Shown: in pieces, positions 11,875 through 25,240 of the stretch
Layout of the letters: the number at the start of each line of letters is the position of its first letter
Numbering within the stretch: the first letter of the stretch is position 1
Source: Vicugna vicugna
Taxonomy: Eukaryota
Direction of reading: 5' to 3'
Length of the DNA stretch: 64,000 nt
Assembly (NCBI GenBank): GCA_013265495.1
Contig: MU058289.1
Span: 1,299,451-1,363,450 of the forward strand
Translations under genes and position numbers: made by a program
Notes under the pieces: generated by a model
What the model was told of the DNA's origin: nothing
Databases searched by the model: none
Seen by the model: the letters and a program-made list of their open reading frames with translations, nothing else

Positions 11875-13289
11875 GGTCTCCTCCCAGCTGTCCCCCTTCA
11901 GGGGGGTCCCTGTGCTACTGTGAAACTTCCTGGTCAGCAGACTCTCTCGCTCCAGTCTCAGATTGAGGTCTCTGCCTCATGGGCCCTTCTGGGGGTACTC
12001 TCCTCTTCCATGGTCCCTTTCCGACTCCTGCCCCAGAATCCTTAGGTCAGCCCCTCAAAGTCCATGGGACTCCACACCCCGCCAGGTCACAGAAAGGCAA
12101 AGGAAGTGAGCTGTATGAAGACTGTGTTGTTTGGGGACAGGGCTATTTTCCAAACCCCAGTCTGGCCATCGGGCCAACAGCCCCTGGCTGAAAACCACAC
12201 AGCTCCGTAAATGGAGGGCACTCAGTTTCCACAACCAGATTCACGAGGGAGCCAGTCTGGCCAGGCAGGCAAGAAGGCTGGCTGCGGGTGCCCAGAAATA
12301 CCCATCAGCACTGTTAGCTCAGCTGGAAGACCATCAAGTTCCCAAAATGACTTGGGCTTAGAGACAGGGAAGTCAGTGCCAGGCCTCAGTCTGGACTCCA
12401 GCCCCTGGCTGGAATTCCAAAGCATCTCCTAAGTCTAGAGATGGTCTAGACATTCATGGGAACTGATGGTCTCAGTAGTGGCCAGAGTAAGAGGTGAGGC
12501 TGACATGATTCGAAGTAGTGCACAGATGTTTGGTACCCACCCTTTCCTCTTTCCTCTTACTCTCTCCCCACATCATCTCATGGATGTTCTTAGATTGAAA
12601 CACCATCTTTATGGTATGAACTCTCAAGTTTGTAACTTCAGTCCATATCTCTGAGTTCCAGACTCATAGCTAATCGCCTACTTGATCTCTCCTACTGGAC
12701 GCTCTCGGTATTTCTGATCTAGTTTGTCCAAAGTCCAAAATGTAATTCCCAATTTCCCGCAAAATAACCTGTATCCTCCTAACCATGAGGAAGCCTTCTC
12801 CATCTCAATAAGTGGTACCCCAGAACCTAGATTTCCCCTTTCCCTCAGCACTCATGTCCAATCCACCAGATTCCCTGTAAAATCTATTTCTAAAATGTAT
12901 TTTGTCTCTATTGTCTTCTCTCAGCGTACTGCACCATGACCTTGGTGGAAAATTCCCCAAGGATGTCCCCGGAGGATGACAAGGCAGTGCCCATCTGGTA
13001 ACCAGAACCACTCCCCAAGAACCACTCCAGGCCACACGTGGGAATGAAAGCCACATGGTGAAGCCTGAGGACCGAGTGGGAGATGTAGAAGTGGAGACAG
13101 TGAGAATAGCCAAGTGTCACAGGGAGTTTTGCTGTGAAGGGCACCACAGCCATGTAACTCCCATCCCATGGGGTGCGGTGGGGAATCAGGGTCGCCCTCT
13201 GCTCCCGGGGTCACTGAGATTGTTCCCAGCTGGAGTTAGCCCTTGGCCTCATGGTCCCCAAGTAAAAGGCCCCAGCACCCTCAATCATC

Positions 13290-14270
13290 CCATCCCCGCA
13301 GTTGAGGCAGCCCTTCTCCCCAGGGTCAGTATGACTCCTCCACCCTTGCTCCACCAGGCAAAGAAGTGGATAGTGTGAGGGGGAAGCTGAACAGAGCAGG
13401 GGCACAGAAAGGAAGCCGTGAGCAGAGGGTTGAGGGTCCTGTTTCTCAGCTGGCAATTTTCACACCCTGGTCTGGCCTCAGGGATAATGGTGCCCGGCTG
13501 AGGCCCACAGAGCTCAGGAATAAGGCCAACACTCAGGCCCCACATCCAGGCTCAGACTGAGACTGGGACCAGGTCAAGTGAGGTGGGAAGCCTGGCTGAG
13601 AGTGTGGAAAGCCTTATCCACTCTCTTGGCTCCACTCAGAGGACCCCAAATTCCATGGAAAAAATGTCGGGTACAGGAAATGTCTCAAGCAGGAGAACTT
13701 CCCTGGCCTCCAGCCACCACCACCCCTACCGTGTCCTCGGGGCTGAAGGTACAAGCCTTCCTCTGTCCCAGGCACTGTCAGAAAAGTGCTTCATCTGGCC
13801 GCATCACACAAGCGAGGTTACCTGTGTGGCAGCTAACTTCAGGTGAGTATGGCGGGGTTCGGGAGGGAGTCACGTAGCCAGTCATGTGGCAGGTGTATGA
13901 CAGATGTGTGTGACCCGGGGGGTACAGCACCTGCATGGCAGCTGTGGACAAGCACGTGTCTTGGGCGTGGGCTGATGGAGTGGCAGGTGAGGGGCTGGAC
14001 AGACAGGTGAGTGTGTGACAGGTAACTGAGCTCTTCCCTCCGAGGTGCCAAACTATGTCAGAGCCACAGTCCCCCAGCCCTGGGAGGCCACAAGGGGCCT
14101 CATGTCCTCAGGGAGCCGCCTGGGCCCCTCTGCCCTGCCTGGTGTGACCCTCCTACCTCTAGAGGACCCTCCAGCCGTCAGCTTAGGGAGGGCAGCCCAG
14201 CAGGGCTCTCAGGGCAGACAAGGAAGGAAGACAGAGGGGAAGCACAGCTCCCTGGACCAGTGCTCACTGG
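13290..14270. repeat. Copy 1 of a diverged ~1-kb direct local duplication (paralog at about 24310-25240)
   Basis: Colinear shared blocks: 'ggctgaggcccacagagctcaggaataaggcc' vs 'ggctgagatccacacagctcaggaatgtggcc'; 'tgtgtggcagctaacttcagg' vs 'tgtgtggcaggtaacttcagg'; 'gcttagggagggcagcccagcag' identical in both. Confidence 0.8.
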
Positions 14271-16352
14271 CTGGTGCCCCCATCAGTGCTCCCTGGTCCC
14301 ACATCTGTCAGCGGCCATTATCCCTGTGTCTCTGTCTGTAGGATGAAACCCTCTAAGTGAGTGCTCTGCCCTTGCACCCTGGTCTGTTAGCCCAGCAGTC
14401 TGTTTGCGGTCATTTCCCCCCTGGAGAGTCACCCAGATCGTGTCATGTCAGGAAGACCGGCTGCCCCCCTTCCCCACCTCGACCTTCGCTCCCCAACGTC
14501 AGCATTGCCCCTGACAACTGGAACGGATAGAAGGTCACAGTGGTGTGACTACAGGAAGTCCGAGAGAACCAGCGAGGCACTATCCCCTGAGTCCTGTCCC
14601 TAAGAGCAAAGGTCGTGACCCAGGCCCCTGGGTCACCCAAGACCAAGGATGCCCCTGCCCATCTTTAAAGTTGCTACACTATTTTTGTAATAACTAACAT
14701 TTCAGAAAAAAACATATTTAAATCAAATGCAATATTTTCTCATAGTTTTTATAAATTGTCCTGAAATCATATGCATACCAAGACTCTACCTCTCACACAT
14801 TTATTTATGAAGTTGTTTTCAAACATAGGTAGATGCTGACCTCAATGCATAAAACATTCTTGAATTTGGAGGAGATCTCTCCTTATCTTATTTACTTTAT
14901 CAAAATGCAACTCCTAGTTTCGTCATGAAATCCACAGCCAAAACCAGACTGATAGTGAAGACTGGACTTGACCTGCCTCCCTGGCCTTCCCGTTAAAGCA
15001 AACATGCCGCCCCACCGCCACTGCTGTATACCATCGTCCGGGAGTTCTGACCCATGGAACAGGCCCAGAAAAAGACGTGAGGCACAGTGAGATCCTAATC
15101 TATACAAGCCTTACTGATATAAAATAGCATTCATAAGTGGAAAACATATATCACATTCTAGAAAGTATTACTCAGTATTAAAAGGGTATCAATTATACCC
15201 AAAGTAATCTAAAACCGGCAAGCAATTCAAATCAAAATTCTACCATACATGTGTCCTCTCTTGTAATGTGATGAACTGATTCTGAAAGTTCTTCAAGAAT
15301 AAATGTTTAAGAACACTCAAACCCCAAACTAGAGAACTAGAAAAAGGGGCACCAATAGGAAAATCACACACACGAAAAGGCATAAGACCATCACATAGAA
15401 AAGATGTTCACTGTCACAAATAATCAAAAAACTGCACAATAAAACATTTTCACCAAAATAGAGCAGACTTTTTTTTTTGACTAGCAATACTCAGGGATAG
15501 TGAAGGTGTCAGAAAAAAGGTATTTTCATATTGTTGACAAAAATGATAGTAAACACAAATGATCTGCTGGGTAAGGCACATCATAAATCTGAAAACTCTT
15601 CAGACTACCATTTCCACTGTTAGGATTTTATCCTGGGTAAATAATTAAGAACAGACACAAAACTTAGCTACCATATTATCTATCACTACTGATTAACAAA
15701 ACAATGTCTTAAATGTCCAGTAGGAAAGCAGACAGTGTTTTACAAGAAGTAAATTATTTAAAGTTTCCTAATGAGCTACATAAATATCTGTTGCTTTGCA
15801 GAAAGACAATTTTAAAGTAAGAATCCTATTTAATTGTTTTAAAAAAGAATGCCAATGTTCTTACATGGAAAACATCTGGGAACCACTGCCAGAGTGTTGA
15901 TTTTGTAGACGCATCTCTCTAGGTGATACCCCACTACAGACTGGGGGTGCTGGGGTATGTCCTGGGGCAGTAAATACCCCCTATCTAGTTCAGACCTTCA
16001 GGACCCCCGGGAACTGCAAGTCCTGGAAGGCGTGGTGGAAGGCGGGCCGGGTGGGCAGGGGAGGCAGGTATCACTTACTGCTTCCCAGGTTGAGCGTCTT
16101 GTCTCCATGCCAGGCAACAACTCCTTAGAATCAGCCATCCCGGATTCATCTCCAGGGTCCTGGCCACACCAAGCCAACAGGAAAGCAGCCCCAAATGAAA
16201 CCATGTCCATGCAAGGGAATACATGGCAGCATGTCAATACTTTGCTAAAAGTAAAACCATACAGACTTCCAGTTACAGATGGTGAGCTGAACACCTTCAC
16301 TCATGTTTCTCCCACTAGGGATGAAACTGGAGAATAAAGAAACATTTAAATT

Positions 16353-16490
16353 GGGGGGAGGGTATAGCTCAAGCAGTAGAATGCATGCTTAGTATGCACA
16401 AAGTCCTAGGTTCAATTCCCCAGGACCTCCTCTAAAAATAAGTAAATAAATAAACCTAATTACCTACCCCCACAAAAAAACAACAACAAA
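16353..16490 (+). mobile_element. tRNA-derived SINE (camelid type)
   Basis: GGGGAGGGTATAGCTCA A-box and GGTTCAATTCCC B-box; A-rich tail; near-perfect TSD aaagaaacatt(t)aaa at 16336-16350 and 16491-16504. Confidence 0.9.
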
Positions 16491-16514
16491 AAAGAAACAT
16501 TAAAGCTGATCACT

Positions 16515-17030
16515 TCAACCCTAATTCAAAAAGACACCCGCACCCCAATGTTCATAGCAGCATTATTTACAATAGCCAAGACATGGAAACAACCTAAATG
16601 TCCATTGACAGATGACTGGATAAAGAAGTTGTGGTATATTTATACAATGGAATACTACTCAGCCACAAAAAAGATAAAATAATGCCATTTGCAGCAACAT
16701 AGATGGCCCAACTTATATACAAAATAGAAAATGACTCACAGACACAGAATACAGACTTGTGGTTGCCGGGGGGAGGGGGGTGGGAAGGGATAAACTGGGA
16801 GTTTGAGATTTGCACATACTGACTGGTATGTGTAAAATAAATAAACAAGTTTAGACTGTATAGCACAGGGAAATGTATTCAATACCTTGTGGTAGCTCAT
16901 GGTTAAAAAGAATAAGAAAATGAATATATGCATATTCATGTATGACCGAAGAATTGTGCTGTACAGCAGAAATTGACACAATATTGTAAACTGACTGTAC
17001 CACATTAAAAAAAAAAGGTATTAAAAAAAA
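16515..17030 (+). mobile_element. Short LINE-1 3' end
   Basis: 'caccccaatgttcatagcagcattatttacaatagccaagacatggaaacaacctaaatgtcc' followed by a 3'UTR related to that at 500-826 and an A-tail. Confidence 0.88.
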
Positions 17031-17779
17031 AGATCACCTCACAGTACTGAAGGCAACAAGAAGGCATTCATTACAGAATTTGAGATTTCAACAAAATGGT
17101 GAAGGAGAATAGTGGGAGGAGGAGATTGAAGGGGGACCTTAGCAGGACTCAAAGATAAAGTGTTCCAAGGAGGGGTAAGGACCACCACAGGGGCTTGGTG
17201 TGTTGTAAGTGGGGGAGAAAGTCCCCCTTGTGGGGTCCTTAAGAATCCCTTCAACATGTCTGTGAAAATTATACTCAAAGAGCCGTGTGAAATTGAAGGG
17301 TTTATTATACTCATAGGTCTTAGAGAGGCACGGCACACCTCACAGGGGACCATGTAAGAGGGTCACCAAGGGAACAGGCTCCACCGGGCAGGCCTGAGGA
17401 CCCTGGGCAAGTGCCTTTACTGGGGGTTAGAGCAGAATGCACAAGCAGAAGGCCTGAGCAGATTTCACTGGTGCGTTTGAATGTCACTATAGGTTACAGT
17501 CATGGAAGGGCAAGAAGGGGCACTTGTGGAAGGGACCAGCCTTGTTACGCTGTAGCCTGTTGGTCAGGATGTTGAGGCATCAGGAAAATATAGTCTTCAA
17601 ATGTTGTAACACAATAAACCCTGCTTTGCCTCAGCATTAACCATACTAACTGTATGAACAAAAGCTATCACCTGGGTTGTGGAGATGTTAAAGGTGAGTG
17701 GGGCGGCTTGACTTAACCTCCAAAGGCGGACTTTGTTAAGGTGGCAACTAGGAAGAGTCCATTAAGCATATGATGAGAA

Positions 17780-19565
17780 TTTAGAATCCTCACATTCAAG
17801 GGAACTCCCATAAGGCTATCAGCAGATTAATCAGCAGACACATCACAGGTCAGGAGAGAGTGGAATAATGCATTTAAACTGGTGGAAGAAAAAATTGCCA
17901 ACAAATTGGATAACCTAGAAGAAATGGACAAATTCCTAGTAACATACAACCTACCAAGACTGAATCATGAAGAAAGAGAAACTATGAACAGACTAATAAC
18001 CACTAAGGAGATTGAATAAATAATCAAAAACTTTCCACACAGAAAAGCCAAGGACCAGATGGCTTCACTGGTGAATTCTACCAAACATTTAAAGAATTAA
18101 CATTAATCTTTCTCAAATCCTTTCCAAAAATTGAAGAGGAGGGAACTCTTCCAAAATCATTTCACAAGGCCAGCATTACTCTGATATCTAAGCCAGATAA
18201 GGACACTACAACAGAAGAAAACCACAGGCCAATATCCCTGTATAGATGTAAAATTCTCAATAAAATATTAACAAACCAAGTTCAACAGTACATTAAGTGA
18301 ATCACACACCATGATCTAGTGGGATTGATCCCTGGGATGCAAAGATGGTTTAATATATGCAAATAAATAAATGTGATTCCCCATATTAATAAAATGGAAG
18401 GTAAAAATCATCTTAATAGATGCAGAAAAAGCATCTGATGAAATTCAACATCCTTTCATGATAAAAACTCTCAACAAATTAAGTATACGGAAAAAGTACC
18501 TCACCATAATAAAGATCACGTGAGACAAGCCCACAGCTAACATCAATTCAACGGTAAAAAAGTCAAAGCATTTCCACTCAGATCAAGAACAAGATAAAGT
18601 GCTCACTCTTGTCACTCCTATTCAACATAGTATTGGAAGTCCTAGCCAGAGCAGTGGGGCCAGAAAAAGAAATAGAAGACATTCGAATTAGTAAAGAAGT
18701 AAAATTGTCTCTGTTTGCAGATATGATCTTTTGTTGTTGTTGTTGTTCTCGGTGCAGATATGATCTTATATATAGAAAGTCCTAAAGATTCCACCAAAAA
18801 ACTGTTAGGATTAATCAGTTCAGTAAAGTTGTAGGATGCAAAATCAACATGCAAAACTCAGTTGTATTTCTATATTCTGACAATGAGCTACCTGAAAAGG
18901 AAAGCATACAATCTCATTTACAATAGCATAAAAACCAAAATAAATAGGAATAAAATCTAACCAAGGGATGAAATACCTATACACTGAAAAGTATAAGACA
19001 CTGATGAAATAAATTGAAGAAGACACAAATAGATGGAAAGATAGTCTATGTTCATGGATCAAAGGATTAATATTATTAAAACGTCCATAATAACCAAAGC
19101 TATCTATAAATTCAAACCCAATTTCTATCAAAATTCCAATGGCATTTTTCACAGAAATAGAAAAGGCAATCCTAAAAGTTTTATGGAGCACAAAAGACCC
19201 TGAAGAGCCAAAGCAATCTTGAGAAAGAACAAAGTTGGAGACATCACATTTCCTGATTTCAAACGATACTACAAAGTGATAGCCATTAAAACAGTATGGC
19301 ACTGGCATAGAAACAGACACACAGACCAATGGAACAGAATTAAAAGCCCAGAAATAAATTAATGCCTATAAGGTCAACTAATGTTTGGCAAAGAAGCCAA
19401 GAAAACTCAATTGGGGAAGGATAGTTACTTCTCTAGATGGTCTTGGGAAAACTGGATTTTCACATGCAAAAGAATAAAATTGGACACCACTCACAAAAAT
19501 TAACTCTAAATCGCTTAAAGACTTAAATGTAAGACCTGAAACTGTAAAACTACTAGAAGAAAACA
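17780..19565 (+). mobile_element. Degraded LINE-1 (ORF1-end/ORF2 fragments)
   Basis: [34 protein letters not shown] and KWKDSLCSWI motifs with frameshifts. Confidence 0.88.
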
Positions 19566-21214
19566 TAGATGTTACAGAATACTTGATGGGTAACACAGAA
19601 GAGAGAAAGAGGTTAAGTAAAAACGCTACAGTTCTGAACTGGAATTGGAGGTATCAGTATAAATTCATGCTGTATTTATACTTAAAAATATGTAATATAT
19701 GTGAATACATATATAATATAGATTAGATATACTAGAGGTAAAATACAAGAAGTTAAGTAAAAATGCTGCAATCTTCAGTTTGAATTGGATGTAAATTATT
19801 ACAACAATCACTCTGAAAAACAATTTCACAATATCTAGAAAAGTGAAATATTACACATACCCTATGACTCACTGGTATACATCCTAGAGAAACTCTTGGG
19901 TATATGAACCAAGATAAGAATGTATAAGAACATGCATAGATATGCTCTCTATAAAAGCTATAAAATAGAAACAACCAAAAAAACCATCAACAAACAGTAT
20001 GATGGTCTAACCACCTGCGCTGTCATCATCAATCAAAATGAATGCCTACACCGACACATCAACATGGGTGGCTCTCTAAAGTGTAAGCCTGGGCAGAGGA
20101 AGTAAACACAGAATAAAACATTCAGGATGATTCAACTAATGTAAAATACCAAAATATTCAATACCAAACAATGAATTGTTTAAGGATACATATACAGGTA
20201 GTAAAACTATATAGAGAAGTGAAGGAGTGATCAACACAGGATTCAACATGAAAGCCCCACTGGGAGGGTAACTTGGGGGGTGTGTTCGGAGCAGGGCACA
20301 TGTGGGGAACTGGTTATGTTCTATTTCTCCAGCCAGGAAGTAGATCCATTAGACATTTCTTCTTTTCTTCAAATCAAACAGATACGTTTTCTAGCCTCAG
20401 CATATGTCATGTATTTCTCAACGTAAAGTTTAAAAAAGGAAAACCGTGACTCCAAGTTGAACCCTGAGGACAAGAGAGGAAGAGGAAAGGGCTCTGGGTC
20501 TAGGGAGCATCTTTAGGGTGGGGACAGCTTGGACATGCTTACGAGCCCCTCTCCCTGGGACCGTGGCAAGGAGGAGGCCAGGGCTGCTGCAGGCCAACAA
20601 GTTTATGTTGAGGCAGGAGAAAAGGGAGCACAGCTCACACTTCCTTTTGATGAAGGTGGGGGAGGAAGGGACATGCCCCAGCCCTGAGCAGAGTGGGAGA
20701 CCACCAGGACCAGGCAAAGGAGGTTCAGAGCAGCACAAGGGGCGAGATGAGGCCCCTGCAGCAGACAGAGTGGGGGAAGAGGTGCAGAACGGCCATGTGA
20801 CCCAGGTGGGACTTGCAGAGAGGGCTGGGCAGAGGGCTCTGACCCTGATTGTCCACCTCCAATGTAGACATGGCCCTGGGGTCAAGGTGCAGAGGGTCTG
20901 CATTCAGTTCAGTGGCCCCTTCTTGGGGCAGGGGCAGGGGGTGACCTGAGTCAAGGACATTACTATAACCTCAAAGCCAGACTAATGTCTGTTTGGGACC
21001 ATGAGAGGAGCCTGGTGGTCCTCACACACCATGCCCATCTCTGAGTCATGTGTCCCCCCCAGTGGCAGGTTTCTCAGACACAGGGTGTGCATGCAGAGTC
21101 ACACACGCCACCGCTGAAGTGACACCAGCACTGTCCCACATGGGGACCCATGTACAGTCAAACTGTAGGAAAGTCTTACTCTGCATTCACCTAAGTGACA
21201 ACAGTGACACTTTT

Positions 21215-22985
21215 GTCTGTCAGACTGCAGCAAGCCTTTTATTACACATAATTAACTATCTCCATAACAACACCATTCCATATCTCTAACACACAGCAGA
21301 GTGGGCATTCAGTATTGGAACCCAGTGAGATGTGTTGAATTTTAAGCTTCCGACCACATCCTATGGTGCCTAGGCAAAACTTATATGCCATTTTCTCATG
21401 TTTTCCAATCGTGTGGCTCACACATCTCACCATCTCAGTGAAGACAAAAATTTCTATTTCGTATTTTGAGTGCAGGAAGTTGAGAGAGAGGAAATCCAGT
21501 GAAAACACTGATCTCAATTCAACTGAATTTTTTTTTAAAGCAAACTTAAATTCTTTTTTCTGAAGGGAAAGAGGGCAAGGCAGACATGGGGTTAACAGTC
21601 AAAACTATGACAAATACTGGTCCCTATACAAGGCCCGTGGTAGCTCAGGAAACTATCACAGGAGATAATAAAGTGGCCTCTGTGTATTTTTTCTTTTTTG
21701 GTATTGTAAACATGTGCTGTTTGCTATCACCGGAATTTAATTTAAAACTTTTTTTTTTTGCAAACAAACCAAAATTGTAAGTCTTTAAGGCAAGTATCTC
21801 ACTAAGGAAAACAGGAGTTCATTTATTAGAAAACTATGAGGACACCCGAGCAAGACCCCACTGAAGATTCACCAGCCTGAACTTGAGAGCTTTTATCCAC
21901 TGTTCCTCGGAGCCAAGCTAGGTGTTTAGGAGCTGCCGCTGCCTCGTGTCTCCCACCTTCCCTTTCTCCACATCTACCCTGCAAGGAAGACATAAATGGA
22001 TGCCTCGCCTTTCTCAGCCTCTTCTTTGAATTGTTGCTCACAGCCCAGGAAAGGACCACTGTGTAGTCAAACTTGCTGTCCCAGAAAAATTGCAGCCCCC
22101 AGACCAGTACAAACGCAGGTCCTCAGATCTGTCTGTCAGAGATGCCAGACGCAAATGGTTTCTACTGGGAACAAGCAGAAACCTCTGAAACTTCAGACCA
22201 CCTTACCCACCAGGGCACGGAGCAGCAATGCCCACCGGCCCCGAGGAGCACTCATCTCGTTCCATTTCTCCAGGAACTTAACGCACCTGGTTTTCTACAC
22301 TCCAGCTCATCGTCCGTTCACTGTATTCCCCAACACCAAGTTTCCTCTTCATCCAGTCTCTCAGCCTTGGCCTCGACATCCTCACGACTTTCTGCCACTG
22401 CCTCGAGGTTCTTTTCTTCCAGCTCCTGAATCAGCCTCTCCTCCTCCCAGGCCAGCTCCTGTAGCTCCATCTGGAGCTGGTCACTGTCATCCTCATTCAT
22501 TTGCTCTAAGATCTCCAAGAAGCATCTGCAGCTCCGACACTCGTTTTCAGTGATGCTAGGCGGAGTATCAGCTGGCCTGAAAGAGAATCTGTGCCTTCTG
22601 CACAGAGCGGCGATCCACATCCTTCTGGCCCCACAGGATGTCAAGAAGTCTGGTGACCTTCTGTCTTCAGCTATCGTTCTCCATGGTGGGGCATCCCCCC
22701 TGGCCAGGGGGATGAATCCCTGAGAGACATTGTCCTGGCGGGATTCAACAAATGGGTCCTTTCCTGAGCTAGCCTCCTCCCTCTGGGTCTCTCCTGGTTT
22801 CACCTGGGCTGGGGCAAGTAATGGAGCTGTGGGCTCCTGGGTGGTGACACAGTCTACTTTCGGGGGCTGGCTGCAGCGCTGGCACACGAAGCTGGCCTAT
22901 GCGGTGCTGCCGGGCACCTTCGACCCCACCTCCATCCCTCGGGACCTGGAGTCGCCTTCCTGGTCTAGTCTCCTGCAGGGGCACT
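21215..22985 (-). pseudogene. BECN1: Processed pseudogene of Beclin-1 (5'UTR part, degenerate CDS 21819-22935, long 3'UTR)
   Basis: ATG 22935: [23 protein letters not shown]...[47 protein letters not shown]...EEQWIKALKFRLVNLQWGLARVSS*FSNK* (TGA 21819-21821); intronless, premature stop at 22897-22899, internal deletions; 3'UTR ends at AATAAA (plus-strand tttatt 21238-21243). Confidence 0.93.
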
Positions 22986-24089
22986 GTGGCCTTGGGTCAG
23001 CCCTGAGCAAGGCTTCTCAAACTGCTCTCACCAGGTCTTTAGTTCCTTCCTGGTCTGCAGCCAACAGTAACTCACATTCACTGAGCATTGTCTGTGCACC
23101 TGTCTGTGTTCTAAGTGCTTTGCATGTACTGACACCCTTCACGTAACCACTTAACCCACGTTCACCAGCACTTAGGAGCCGGGTGCTGGGCAAGAGGCTG
23201 GGCACAGCCAGGACCAGTGCAGTCACAGACCCCGACCCCACACAGGCTGGAGTCCTGCGGGGAAGACAACCCCGGGAATGCCCGTGTGGGGTGTGCCTGC
23301 TCTTACAGAGACATGGGCGGGGAGCCTGAGACAGGCCTCCGTGTGCAAAATGACCTCGCCCTGACCCAAGCACCTTCAGCACGCCTGCCCGAAATGCCTC
23401 CTCTCCCTTCCCTTCCCTATTCTCAGTGAGTGTGGATCCGTTTTCCCCCACTGCTGCTCTGAAACAGCTCTAGTCCAAGTCTGAAACCCCTGGTGCACCC
23501 CGTCCTCCTCTCTCGGCCGTTTTTCATCACAGCTTCTCTGATGCCACCTTAACCCACTCCCTCCCCTGCCCGCCCACCTCACTGGTGCCCCTGCTCCATC
23601 CTCTGTGGGGCATAAATGTGGGAACGCCTCAGGGTTCAGGCCTGGGCGTCTTCCCTTTCCTGTCTCACCCTCCTTCCACGTGATCTCATCCATGACTTCA
23701 AATATGTCTATAAATGCAAGGCTTCGGGGTGTGTATCTCCAGCCCTGACTTTTTCCCTGAGCTCCAAACTCGTATGTCCAATGCCTGCTCCGCACAGCAG
23801 ACATCTCCATAGGGCAAAACAGTTTTCTATTGATGCTTCCACATGAACCCAATCTACTACGTCTTTCTCCTCCAAGGAAATAGCAAAACATCTATCCAGA
23901 TGCTCAGTCCAAAAGCCAGTGAGGTATTCTTTCTTTCCAATCAGACCACATATAATAAAGTCTTTAAATACATTTTCTTTTAAAGAACAAAAGAAGGAAG
24001 GGGGAAAGGAAGGAAGGGAGGCTGGTCCACATCAAAGCTAAACGCCATCCTTCCCCACTGACCCCTTGCCATGAGACCCCTCCTCCTCC

Positions 24090-24270
24090 CAGGGCTCCTG
24101 GGACCTTCCCTTAGGACCCTGTGGCCCTTCACCCTCTTGAGCGGCTCCTGGCCCGACACAACCCAGGGCCAGCAGCCTCTCTCTGCCTCCCAGTCTGCGT
24201 GGTACAGGCTTGGTCAGTTCAATCTCCATTGCGGACACAGCCCTCTGCCTCTCTAAAGAAGCACCTCTCC
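24090..24270 (+). pseudogene. Possible degenerate secretoglobin (SCGB2B2-like) exon-2 relic
   Basis: DPVALHPLERLLARHNPGP resembles recalled human SCGB2B2 DVSQDLLKEELARYNPSP; position 3' of WTIP and convergent orientation fit the mammalian SCGB1B/2B (Abp/Fel d 1) locus; the similarity is short and no intact exon is present. Confidence 0.3.
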
Positions 24271-24309
24271 ACCAGTGGGACTCTCTCCACCCCCAGAAGA
24301 GCTGTTTCC

Positions 24310-25240
24310 CCCACTGGAGGGGGTCCCTCTCCCCAGGGTCTTGATTCCCTTGTCTCTAGGGTCAGAGTTGCCCCAGGTGTTGCGGGGAACCCAAGGCGGT
24401 GGCAGTGAAAGGAGAGACCTGAGCCAGGCTGGGCAGGACAATGGAAGAGCTGGTCTGGGGACAGGCTGAGACTCAGAGTCCCCATCTGGCTGCAGAGACA
24501 GCAGATCCTGGCTGAGATCCACACAGCTCAGGAATGTGGCCGCACCAGCCGTGGGCCAGGCAGCGGGCCCAGCTGCAGAGGCCTGGGAATCCTCACTAGC
24601 ACTGTTGGCTCAGGTGGAAGAGGGAGTTTCCAAAGCAATTTGGGATTGACGGAGGGTGAGTAAACGTCTGGCTGGAGAAACGCCTCTCCCTGGGCTCGAG
24701 CCCCACTCTCGGCGTCTGCAAGGCTGACGGTGGACCGAGCACTGACAGCCCAGATGCTGTCGCACAGAAGTGAGAAGCCAGCTGCGTCGCACAGGTGCCC
24801 GTGACAGGTGTGTGGCAGGTAACTTCAGGCAGGTAAGGTAGAGTTTGAGACAGTCCAGTAACCAGGGAGCAGTGCAGGTGTGTGTGACTCAGGCAGGTAC
24901 CCCTGCACGGCACAGGTGGAGGAGAGTCTGCACTGGTGTGGGATGATGGGAGTGACAGGTGAGCAGCTGGGGACAGACAGGTGAGCAGGTGACAGTCACA
25001 CCAACACCACTGCTGAGCACTTCTCACCCAAAATGCCAGATGTTTCAGGGCCACAGTACCCCCAGCCCAGGGAAGCCCCAAGGAGCCTGATGGGGAGGCT
25101 CCCCAGGCCCTCTGCCCTCCTCGCAGGACAAGAAAGGGTCCACCTATGACACACACCCCTGGGCTTAGGGAGGGCAGCCCAGCAGCATCCTCGGGGCCAA
25201 GGAAGGAAAGGGGGATGGGGAGGTACCTCCAACCCCAGCT
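24310..25240. repeat. Copy 2 of the diverged ~1-kb local duplication
   Basis: Colinear similarity to 13290-14270, including the CAGGTG-rich block at 24780-25000. Confidence 0.8.

Noticed and set aside
16070..16165. Minus-strand exon-like segment ending in a GCA|GTAAGT donor
   Set aside because: No recognisable protein similarity or partner exons; isolated donor motifs are common
16353..16430. tRNA-like A/B boxes here and at about 36525, 37026, 47490, 53127 and 56201
   Set aside because: These are SINE heads with A-rich tails and TSDs, not tRNA genes
17040..17700. Possible LTR-like segment between L1 pieces
   Set aside because: I could not assign a family or boundaries with any confidence without RepeatMasker
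20600..20780. Minus-strand acceptor-like site followed by SSRPLC, resembling SCGB1B exon 3 (TSPLC)
   Set aside because: Wrong phase relative to the AG, only 3-4 matching residues and no upstream exons found
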